Origin: Patescibacteria group bacterium
GTDB lineage: Bacteria; Patescibacteriota; Patescibacteriia; JAHJFT01
NCBI GenBank assembly: GCA_028710985.1
Contig: JAQTTB010000001.1
Coordinates: forward strand, 457,864 to 521,863
DNA: 64,000 bases
Direction of reading: 5' to 3'
The position numbers and the translations under genes are program-made. Positions within the stretch are counted from its first letter, which is position 1, and every line of letters starts with the position of its first letter. The notes below the pieces were generated by a model. That model was not told where the DNA came from, searched no databases, and saw only the letters and a program-made list of their open reading frames with translations. Positions 9,133-16,747 of the stretch are shown here, piece by piece.

Positions 9133-9894
9133 ATGGAAATTTTTCAGACCATCCTTTATCAGCCAATATTTAATCTTTTGGTTTTGATTTACGATTTTAT
9201 TCCGGGCCACGACATCGGGCTCGTGATAATCGTGCTCACGCTCGCCATCAAGGTTATTCTCTACCCCTTGTCCCGCCAGTCAATAAAATCGCAAAAAGCC
9301 ATGACCGAGCTTCAGCCCAAGATTGACGAGATCAAAGAGAAATATAAAGACAAAAAAGATGAGATGGCCAAGGCCATGATGGAGATGTATTCTAGCCAAA
9401 AGGTGAGTCCGTTTTCTTCGTGTCTGCCACTCATTATTCAGTTGCCGATTATTTACGCCCTTTACCGCGTCATGCGCGACGGTTTGAGCTCGACGCATCT
9501 TGACCTGCTTTACGCCTGGGTGCCGAATCCCGGCCACATCAGTTCAATGTTTTTGGGAGAAATTGACTTGGCCGTGCCGAGTATTTTTCTCGCCGTGCTT
9601 GCCGGCATCGCTCAATTCTGGCAAGCCCGGATGATGAGCGTGCGCCAGCCGCCTAAGTCAATTCGCAAAAAAACCGGAGCCATTGACGAGAACCTGCTCG
9701 CTACCATGAACAAGCAAATGGTTTATTTCATGCCCATCATGACGGTGGTGATCGGCGTGTCTCTTCCCGGCGGCCTTGCGCTTTACTGGTTTATCAATAA
9801 TCTTCTCACCATCGGCCAGCAGTATCTGACTTTTGGCAAGAAAAAAACCGCGGCCGCGATTCCGCCGCCGGCTAATCCAACCCCGACCGTATGA
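9133..9894 (+). CDS. yidC: Membrane protein insertase YidC/Oxa1
   Basis: KSQKAMTELQPKI, SCLPLIIQLPI, PGGLALYWF. Confidence 0.95.
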   Translation: MEIFQTILYQPIFNLLVLIYDFIPGHDIGLVIIVLTLAIKVILYPLSRQSIKSQKAMTELQPKIDEIKEKYKDKKDEMAKAMMEMYSSQKVSPFSSCLPLIIQLPIIYALYRVMRDGLSSTHLDLLYAWVPNPGHISSMFLGEIDLAVPSIFLAVLAGIAQFWQARMMSVRQPPKSIRKKTGAIDENLLATMNKQMVYFMPIMTVVIGVSLPGGLALYWFINNLLTIGQQYLTFGKKKTAAAIPPPANPTPTV

Positions 9895-10229
9895 TTATCC
9901 CGTGGGAAAAATTAAAAAATTTACCGGTTGAAACCCAGAGCGGCGAACGGCTCGGCCGGATGAGTGGTTTTGATTTATCGAGCGACGGCCAGGACATTAA
10001 AACCTACCGCGTTAAAAGCCGCGGAATAATCAAGGGATTGATGAATGGGGAACTCCTGATCAGCCGTGAGCAGGTCGTGTCAATCAATGACGAACGTTTG
10101 ATCGTTCCCGACGCCCTGGTCACCGAAAAAAACGCGCTTCGGAGCGAAGTCGCGTCGCGCGTCACGGCCGAAAGCGCGCCCGCCACCCAGAGTCGGATTT
10201 CAAGCTCACAAAATTTAAATAATTCTTAA
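9891..10229 (+). CDS. PRC-barrel domain protein
   Basis: LKNLPVETQSGERLGRMSGFDL...LISREQVVSI...LIV. Confidence 0.75.
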   Translation: MIIPWEKLKNLPVETQSGERLGRMSGFDLSSDGQDIKTYRVKSRGIIKGLMNGELLISREQVVSINDERLIVPDALVTEKNALRSEVASRVTAESAPATQSRISSSQNLNNS

Positions 10230-10239
10230 TTAAAATTTT

Positions 10240-10836
10240 ATGAATCAAGTCTTAAAAATTATCATCGTCGCATTGATCGCCGCAATTATTATCGGGGGTG
10301 GTTATTATTTCTGGCAAAAAAATCAAGCAACTCAGTCAACGGCAGGATTAGGAAACACAGCAGCACCGGCTGGGGAGGAGCTGCCCGATCCACTCTTGTA
10401 TTCAACGGCCGGCCTTCCGGTTTCAGTTTCGAAAAATGCAGTATTGTTTGATTACACAGTCGAGCAATTGGAGGGGATGGCAGGGGAATGTGGTTCTCAA
10501 CACGACCCCGATTATTTTGATGAATTGATTTTAAAGTTCGTCGCTGCGGGTGCGACAAAGCATATTTACAACCTTAAATATTCTGATGCGAGCCAGGAGC
10601 CTGACACTTTCGTCATTACCCTGTTGCCTAATGAAGCGGGATACGCTTCCCTTGATCAGTTCAAAAAAGATTTTGATATATGCGCCGCAGGTGGCGATGC
10701 TTATCCCACCATGCTCAGCGAAAATTGGCTTCTTTTTGTAAATTCATGCGGAAGCGGATTTGATGACGGTTCGGGACGACCGATCGGGTGCGAAAAAGTA
10801 CGAGAAATCGTTGAGCCTACATTGAAGTTGAGATAA
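10240..10836 (+). CDS. Membrane-anchored secreted hypothetical protein
   Basis: N-terminal TM anchor IIIVALIAAIIIGGGYYFW; four Cys. Confidence 0.75.
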   Translation: MNQVLKIIIVALIAAIIIGGGYYFWQKNQATQSTAGLGNTAAPAGEELPDPLLYSTAGLPVSVSKNAVLFDYTVEQLEGMAGECGSQHDPDYFDELILKFVAAGATKHIYNLKYSDASQEPDTFVITLLPNEAGYASLDQFKKDFDICAAGGDAYPTMLSENWLLFVNSCGSGFDDGSGRPIGCEKVREIVEPTLKLR

Positions 10837-10844
10837 AAATCAGC

Positions 10845-10947
10845 GTGCAAAATTAAACCGAAAAAATTTTTCAAGCCATCTCGAAAACACTGGCGTTGAG
10901 AGCCCGGGAATAAAACCGAAGTCGGTTTCCCCGGGTTTTTTGGCCGG
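10845..10947 (+). pseudogene. Degenerate remnant of the 5' end of the nucleotidyltransferase gene at 13579
   Basis: GTGCAAAAT..AAAATTTTTCAAGCCATCTCGAAAACACTGGCGTT versus GTGCAAAAT..AAAATTTTTCAAGCAATCTTGAAAACACTGGCGTT at 13579; a further patch resembles 13741-13795. Confidence 0.7.
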
Positions 10948-10979
10948 AAAAATTAAAAGATTTATTTCGTATTAATCTA

Positions 10980-11007
10980 TTGACAAAATTGGGGATAGCA
11001 CTATGAT
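10980..11007 (+). promoter_or_regulatory. Sigma-70 type promoter for the precursor/radical SAM unit
   Basis: TTGACA (10980) - 16 nt - TATGAT (11002). Confidence 0.6.
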
Positions 11008-11147
11008 GATCATAGGTCCTTAACATCTAGCCTCAAGTCCTACTTCTCTTGCATTGCTGCTTTGGGTCAATGAAGTTAAACGAAAATTCATGGTGAATTT
11101 TCGGCCCAAAAAGCAGCAGAAGACTGTAGGCGAGAAAGGAGGAAAAA

Positions 11148-11285
11148 GTGAAAAAGCCGCGGAAAAACACCAAGCCAGTCGTGCTCAAGGCCGATGATCG
11201 CGCGAAGGTTCTGGGAAATATTCCCAAACCTGGTCGCGACGTCGCTGACTGCGTTTGCTACACATCGTGCACGCGCTGCACGTAG
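11148..11285 (+). CDS. Putative RiPP precursor peptide (45 aa), not in the ORF track
   Basis: AAAGGAGG SD, GTG start, MKKPRKNTKPVVLKADDRAKVLGNIPKPGRDVADCVCYTSCTRCT*; directly upstream of a radical SAM/SPASM gene. Confidence 0.85.
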   Translation: MKKPRKNTKPVVLKADDRAKVLGNIPKPGRDVADCVCYTSCTRCT

Positions 11286-11298
11286 CCGCAATTGCAGT

Positions 11299-11338
11299 GG
11301 GGGGTGTGGAAAGTAACTCTTCCCACCCCCGCATTTTT
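11299..11338 (+). terminator. Hairpin / leaky terminator between precursor and maturase
   Basis: GGGGGTG-TGGAA...TTCC-CACCCCC followed by GCATTTTT. Confidence 0.6.
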
Positions 11339-11358
11339 ATAGAGAAGGAGAAAATGCT

Positions 11359-12717
11359 ATGCAACTTTCCCGATGGTGCCACACGTTGCATCAAGATGGC
11401 GTTTCGGCGCTGGTGAACGCACTGACTCTTGGAGTAGTGTACATTTCAACCGAGGAACTGCGCGCTTTTATGGAAGCACTGCCCTCATCAGATAATGTTG
11501 GTGAGGTGGGGCTCATAGAAATTCTTACAGCCCAGGGATTATTAGTTGAAAATCAGACTACCGATGAGTTGGTATTCGCAAGAACGCGCGAACGGCTCAG
11601 ATCGGAGATGTCGCTCGAGCTGCTATATTTGCTTGTCACCGACGGTTGCAACCTGCGATGTACCTATTGCTTCGAAGAAACGCCGTCGCTTACGGCCCCA
11701 TTCCATTCGACGCAGATGACTAAGGAAACGGTTATCAGGGCGCTCGATCTATTCGCGAGGATGACGGCACGACACGGCAACCCGGAAAAAAAGAAGGTGA
11801 TTCATCTTTATGGCGGCGAGCCGTTAGCGAACCGCAAGGCGGTATATGAGGCCGTGTTCTATGTTGACGAACTCAAGTCGCGCGGTATTTTGTCCGACAG
11901 CTGTCAGATCGCAATCGTGACCAACGGAGTACTTCTCAAAGAGGAGGACGCACGGCTCTTCGCGACACACAACGTTACGGTTGGACTCTCGATTGATGGC
12001 CCAGCATCAGTTACCGATTTTTATAGGATTCCAAAACGCCGAGATGTGCGCGTTACGGAACGCATTACTTCTGCATTTCGCCTGCTCAAGCGTCATAATG
12101 TGAGTATCGGGCTGTCGGTAACCTTGACGCCCCAAGCGATTGAACGCTTCGATGAATTCGTCGCCTTCTTCACGGACGGGGAATTTCGCGAGGTGGACGG
12201 TGTTAGTCTGAATTTACTTCATTTTTCGCCCAATCTGATATTGCCTGACGATTATTATCACGCGGCCGTAGAGTGCCAGATAAAATTCTTTAAACGGTTT
12301 CGTGAGGCCGGACTCTACGAGGAGCGGGTGATGCGTAAAGTTCGTGCATTCGTGGATCAAGAACCGATGTACGCAGATTGCGGCGTGGTAGGCCGACAGC
12401 TCGTCGTCGCTCCGGATGGACGCATTGGCGTCTGTCAGGACTTCGTCAAGCCAAGAACTTACTTTCCGCGCTCTGTGTACGACGTGGAACATCACGATCT
12501 CCTTGAGGCGCTCTTCGCGGACTGGCGCGATCGTTCACCGTTTTTCATGCCACAGTGCAGGGATTGTTTAGCCATTAGCATCTGCGGCGGCGGGTGTCCC
12601 GCGAGTGCCGAGCTTAAAACCGGTAGTCGGTATAATCTCGACGAACGCGCTTGCCATCATAGTAAGCAAATACTTGAATGGTTGGTCTGGGATGCGTACG
12701 CAAAGCTCGACGGCTAG
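11359..12717 (+). CDS. Radical SAM/SPASM peptide maturase
   Basis: CNLRCTYC, YGGEPL, VTNG, LSIDGP; SPASM Cys pattern CGV..GRIGVC..CRDC..ICGGGCP..C; ~80-aa N-terminal extension; AAGGAG SD. Confidence 0.93.
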   Translation: MQLSRWCHTLHQDGVSALVNALTLGVVYISTEELRAFMEALPSSDNVGEVGLIEILTAQGLLVENQTTDELVFARTRERLRSEMSLELLYLLVTDGCNLRCTYCFEETPSLTAPFHSTQMTKETVIRALDLFARMTARHGNPEKKKVIHLYGGEPLANRKAVYEAVFYVDELKSRGILSDSCQIAIVTNGVLLKEEDARLFATHNVTVGLSIDGPASVTDFYRIPKRRDVRVTERITSAFRLLKRHNVSIGLSVTLTPQAIERFDEFVAFFTDGEFREVDGVSLNLLHFSPNLILPDDYYHAAVECQIKFFKRFREAGLYEERVMRKVRAFVDQEPMYADCGVVGRQLVVAPDGRIGVCQDFVKPRTYFPRSVYDVEHHDLLEALFADWRDRSPFFMPQCRDCLAISICGGGCPASAELKTGSRYNLDERACHHSKQILEWLVWDAYAKLDG

Positions 12718-12799
12718 CGGCTATCAGGGGGTTGAGAATGCTCAAAATATTTGCTACAATAGGGAAGATGAGAAACGCTTATCTTCCCTAATTTTTTAT

Positions 12800-13540
12800 A
12801 TGAACTATCCTCACATTACTTTTCGCAAAAGCGCAAAAAAAGATTTTGAAACTTTACGCGCCTTCACGAAAGATGCCGAATATGATAATGGCAGAAATTT
12901 GAATTGGGCAGTATTCAAAAAATATCCCCGTCTAAAAATATATTTTGATAAAGATAAACATTTCAAAATCAAAAATGAAAAAGTATTGAGCAATTTTATT
13001 GATGAAACATATCGTGGTGAACAGATAAATATGAATCGTGCCTTGGCCCAGCACAAAAAACGTTGGGAAAAAATTGCTTTGGATTATTTTTCACTCGTTG
13101 ACGAACTCTTCAGCGGACGCAAGTGGCCGCGGGGTAAATATGTCGCCTTAGGCACGATCTGGGGCATGTATCCGCGTTTTCTGGAAGACAAAACATTCCA
13201 GATTCCATTTCGCCATCGTACCCCCGGGTATATTTCAGTTGTGATTGCGCATGAACTACTCCATTTTATGTTTTATGACTATTTTTACGCTCATTATCCA
13301 AAATATCGTGGTTCCGGAAATAATTTTATTGTCTGGCATATCTCAGAAATTTTTAATACCGTCGTTCAGAACTCACCGGCGTGGCTTAGCCGTTTTAAAA
13401 TAAAATCACTTGGATATCCAGAACACAAAAAAATTGTCGCGCGCATAGGCCGTACCCTGTACTGCAGTAATACATGGGATCTGAACGCGCTGGTGGACAA
13501 AATAATAAAAGAAGTGCAGAATCAGAAAATAAACAAATAG
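12800..13540 (+). CDS. HExxH (zincin-like) protein
   Basis: VIAHELLHFMF...WHISEIFN; ATG 12800; own promoter TTGAGA(12732)-17-TGnTACAAT(12755). Confidence 0.7.
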   Translation: MNYPHITFRKSAKKDFETLRAFTKDAEYDNGRNLNWAVFKKYPRLKIYFDKDKHFKIKNEKVLSNFIDETYRGEQINMNRALAQHKKRWEKIALDYFSLVDELFSGRKWPRGKYVALGTIWGMYPRFLEDKTFQIPFRHRTPGYISVVIAHELLHFMFYDYFYAHYPKYRGSGNNFIVWHISEIFNTVVQNSPAWLSRFKIKSLGYPEHKKIVARIGRTLYCSNTWDLNALVDKIIKEVQNQKINK

Positions 13541-13578
13541 TCCCGACTGATGTTTTGCTTCGCGAAACAAAAAACTCT

Positions 13579-14490
13579 GTGCAAAATGATTCCTCGAAAA
13601 TTTTTCAAGCAATCTTGAAAACACTGGCGTTTTTTGACATTTTTGATTATCCGCTCACTTCATTGGAAATCTGGCGGTATCTGTACGCGCCGGGTGAGCA
13701 AAAAATTTCCCTGAATCAAATTATTGAAGCCCTGGGAAATCCGGAACTAAAAGCCAAAATCGGTTTTTTCCGGGGTTTTTATTTTTTGGCCGGCAAGCAG
13801 GATTCGGTTGAACTGCGCCGCGAGCGGAACGCAATTGCCGAAAAAAAATTAATCCGCCTCCGGCCATACGCAAAATATCTCAACCGGCTCGGCGCGGTCT
13901 CCGGAGTCGCGGTGGCTAACACTCTTGCCATAAAACACTCACGGCCCGAATCGGATATTGATTTATTCATCATCGCGCGTCCGCATGCGGTCTGGAGCGC
14001 ACGGTTCTGGGCCATTCTGCCGCTTTATTTTTTCGGCGGACGTCCCCGGCCGGGAAGCATGCGCGATAAATTCTGTTTGAGTTTTCTGGTTGATGAAAAT
14101 CATCTTGATATTCTGCCGTGGAAAATGGAGCAGGATATTTATTATATATACTGGCTCGCGACGCTCATGCCCGTCTCCGGTCCGGAAGTGTTTGCGAATT
14201 TTTTTGAAAAAAATAAATGGATAAATAAATATTTGCCGAATTTTTTCCCGCCCGAGATGAGCGCGCGCGGGGAGCGGCGCCCGGCCTCGCGCCTTCCGTG
14301 TTTCGGCGGACGCATCTTAAAAGCGATTCAGCTTTTTGTGATGCCAGCCGCGCTCAAGGAGGCGGCGGCGCGGCATCACACGGACGTTATAATTTCCGAC
14401 ACTGTTCTCAAATTCCACCTTAATGACCGCCGAAGTGAATATGAAAAATGCTACCAGAAACGAGTTGCGAAAATTATTGATACAGTATAA
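13579..14490 (+). CDS. Nucleotidyltransferase-domain protein
   Basis: VAVANTLA...ESDIDLFII (Pol-beta-type DxD), N-terminal FDIFDYPLT; GTG 13579 is the likely start. Confidence 0.7.
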   Translation: MQNDSSKIFQAILKTLAFFDIFDYPLTSLEIWRYLYAPGEQKISLNQIIEALGNPELKAKIGFFRGFYFLAGKQDSVELRRERNAIAEKKLIRLRPYAKYLNRLGAVSGVAVANTLAIKHSRPESDIDLFIIARPHAVWSARFWAILPLYFFGGRPRPGSMRDKFCLSFLVDENHLDILPWKMEQDIYYIYWLATLMPVSGPEVFANFFEKNKWINKYLPNFFPPEMSARGERRPASRLPCFGGRILKAIQLFVMPAALKEAAARHHTDVIISDTVLKFHLNDRRSEYEKCYQKRVAKIIDTV

Positions 14491-14560
14491 AGCCCTTCCT
14501 ACAATGTGTTGGGCAATTATAATCGTTTTCTAGCATCACTCTTGTTTGCTTTCAGCAGGA

Positions 14561-14757
14561 CATACTTTTGTAACCAAAAGTATGCAAAAGTTTCGGGGGC
14601 GCAAATTCGCTCTCGAATATAGGTAATGATTTACCGATTTAATCCACGCTCAGTTGCGCCCCCGAACCCCAGGGCACTGGTCAAGACGTTCTTAAAGGGT
14701 TCTCTCCCTCCTGCCTGCCGGCAGGCAGGTTGTAAAGGGAGAGGCAGAGAGGGATTT
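14561..14757. repeat. Cluster of nested hairpins / MITE-like elements including palindrome copy 2 (14710-14729)
   Basis: CATACTTTTG-TAAC-CAAAAGTATG; 13-bp IR TTCGGGGGCGCAA(14592)/TTGCGCCCCCGAA(14654); CCTGCCTGCCGGCAGGCAGG inside TCTCCCT...AGGGAGA. Confidence 0.7.
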
Positions 14758-14796
14758 TACGTCGTCGGTTAGGGCAGGGGTTAGGTAAGAAATAAT

Positions 14797-16122
14797 ATGT
14801 TACAACGCATCGCAAAATATCTCCTCTGGTTCTGGGTTTTTCTCATACCGTGGCAGACGCGGTGGATTATCGTTGATCCGATAATCGGCGGAGCGGCGTG
14901 GGAATATGGGCGGGTTAGCCTTTATGCGGGTGATATTATTTTTATAGCCCTTGCCGTCATTGCGGCATTTTTGGCTAAATCCCAAATCTCTCTGCCCGAG
15001 GCGGATGCGCCTCTGGTGCAAAATCTCAAATCTCAAAAATTTGGATTGAATTATATTTTAATTTTGATTTTTTTTCTGTGGGCCGGGGCGACTTTGATTT
15101 GGGTGGATGACCGGTTGGTCGGATTTTATTATGTTTTGCGTTTTAGCCAGATTGTTGCGCTTTGGTTTATCATAAAAATTATCAAACCAAATTTAAGTTT
15201 ATTTTTGTCCGCGCTGATTGCCTCCGGCGCGGTTCAGGCCGGGCTCGCGATCGCGCAGTTCGGATTTCAGTATTCTCCGGCCGATAAATGGCTCGGACTC
15301 GCCTCGCACGCGCCCTGGGAGCTTGGTCCGGCCGTGGTGGAAAGCGCGGCCGGCCGGTTTCTGCGCGCCTACGGCAGTTTGCCGCATCCCAACATGCTCG
15401 GCGGATTTCTGGTTTTTTGCCTGATCGCGGCCGCGCATTATATCAGCCGCGTTTCCGGACGAGTGGCGCTCTGGCTTGTCCTGCCCGTCCTCGTAATGTC
15501 GCAGGCCCTGGTCTGGAGCTTTTCGCGCTCTGCCTGGCTTGGACTCGCCTTCGGTTTTGCGGTTCTTATTCTAGGTTCGCGCGGCGTAAGAGATACACAG
15601 AAAAAATTCATCGTGATATTTGTTTTAATTTCGTCGGTTTTTCTCGCGAACGCCGCGCTCGCGCCCGATCTCCTGGGCTCGCGGCTCGCGGCCGCCGGCC
15701 GGCTTGAAGCCCAGTCAATTGCCGAGCGGGGAGCGCAGGCCGGACTCGCGCTTGAAGCCGCGAAATCCCATCTTCTGGGCCTCGGCCCGGGAAATTACAC
15801 GGTTTGGCTCATGCAAAAGTTTCCCAATTTGGCGGGCTATGCCTATCAGCCGGCCCACAATCTTTATCTTCTGGCATTGGCCGAACTCGGAATTCCGGGG
15901 GTAATAATTCTTGCCGCCCTGGCCGCCATGTTTTTGAAATTTTGCCGAAAAAATCTGCTTTGCCTTTCCCTGCTTGCGGCCGCCGGCATAATCAGCCTGT
16001 TTGACCACTATTTTTGGTCCAGCTACAGCGGAATTTTGCTCCTCGGCCTTGCCCTCATCCTGCCTGGGGTTAATGGGTTTTCAATTCACGCGCATTCTTG
16101 GTATAATAATCGCGAGGAATAA
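14797..16122 (+). CDS. O-antigen ligase (Wzy_C)-family polytopic membrane protein
   Basis: LRAYGSLPHPNMLGG, SFSRSAW, GLGPGNY, PAHNLYL..LAELG; about 12 TM. Confidence 0.9.
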   Translation: MLQRIAKYLLWFWVFLIPWQTRWIIVDPIIGGAAWEYGRVSLYAGDIIFIALAVIAAFLAKSQISLPEADAPLVQNLKSQKFGLNYILILIFFLWAGATLIWVDDRLVGFYYVLRFSQIVALWFIIKIIKPNLSLFLSALIASGAVQAGLAIAQFGFQYSPADKWLGLASHAPWELGPAVVESAAGRFLRAYGSLPHPNMLGGFLVFCLIAAAHYISRVSGRVALWLVLPVLVMSQALVWSFSRSAWLGLAFGFAVLILGSRGVRDTQKKFIVIFVLISSVFLANAALAPDLLGSRLAAAGRLEAQSIAERGAQAGLALEAAKSHLLGLGPGNYTVWLMQKFPNLAGYAYQPAHNLYLLALAELGIPGVIILAALAAMFLKFCRKNLLCLSLLAAAGIISLFDHYFWSSYSGILLLGLALILPGVNGFSIHAHSWYNNREE

Positions 16123-16140
16123 GAATGTTTAAGCCGAAAA

Positions 16141-16743
16141 ATGGATAGCCAAACTCGAAAGCTCTCCAGAGGCGAGAAGTGGAGCTTATTTGTATTAAGC
16201 GCCGCGACTTTGTGTATCGTAATTTTGGCTTCATGGCAGATGAAAAATACGATTTTTTCACCGTTTGTCCAGACGCCAAGTGAGGATACGCGCGCTCTGT
16301 TTGATAATTCACTGCAGCTTGAGGAATTGCGCGGCAAGGACAGCGATAGCGATGGCTTAAGCGACTTTGACGAGCTCTATGTCCACAATACGAGTCCGTA
16401 TCTTCCGGATACTGATTCCGACGGTATGAGCGATTCCGCGGAAATCACTGCCGGTAAAGACCCAAACTGTCCCGAGGGCCAGGAATGCTATATTGACCAG
16501 ACCGGCGGCACCTCGACCGCGGCCGGAGAAACCGAAGAAGTGAATTTGACGGAAAGCGAAAAGGCCGATCTTATGCTCCAGCTTCCGGCCGATGAGATCC
16601 GCGAGCTTCTGAAAAATGCCGGCGTGCCCGAGGAAACGCTCAACCAGCTTACTGACGACGAACTCAAACAGATGGTTGCCGATGTTCTTGCCGAAGAGGG
16701 CGGCTCATTGCCGGCGACCGGCTCAACTTCAACCCAAGAGTAA
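16141..16743 (+). CDS. Membrane-anchored protein with Ca-binding DxDxDG (thrombospondin type-3-like) repeats
   Basis: N-terminal TM; DSDSDGLSDFDE and DTDSDGMSDSAE. Confidence 0.8.
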   Translation: MDSQTRKLSRGEKWSLFVLSAATLCIVILASWQMKNTIFSPFVQTPSEDTRALFDNSLQLEELRGKDSDSDGLSDFDELYVHNTSPYLPDTDSDGMSDSAEITAGKDPNCPEGQECYIDQTGGTSTAAGETEEVNLTESEKADLMLQLPADEIRELLKNAGVPEETLNQLTDDELKQMVADVLAEEGGSLPATGSTSTQE

Positions 16744-16747
16744 ATTT

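Noticed and set aside
11033-11394. Three short minus-strand ORFs over the precursor region
   Set aside because: No start signals or motifs; they are shadows of the plus-strand peptide gene and its leader
11359-12717. Radical SAM as an anaerobic sulfatase maturase or PqqE
   Set aside because: No sulfatase or pqq genes nearby; an adjacent Cys-rich peptide with SD is the simpler substrate
16616-16747. Extended start of the giant ORF (similar cases at 5778, 12605, 13474, 44164)
   Set aside because: Overlaps the upstream gene; downstream starts give a proper signal peptide or domain boundary
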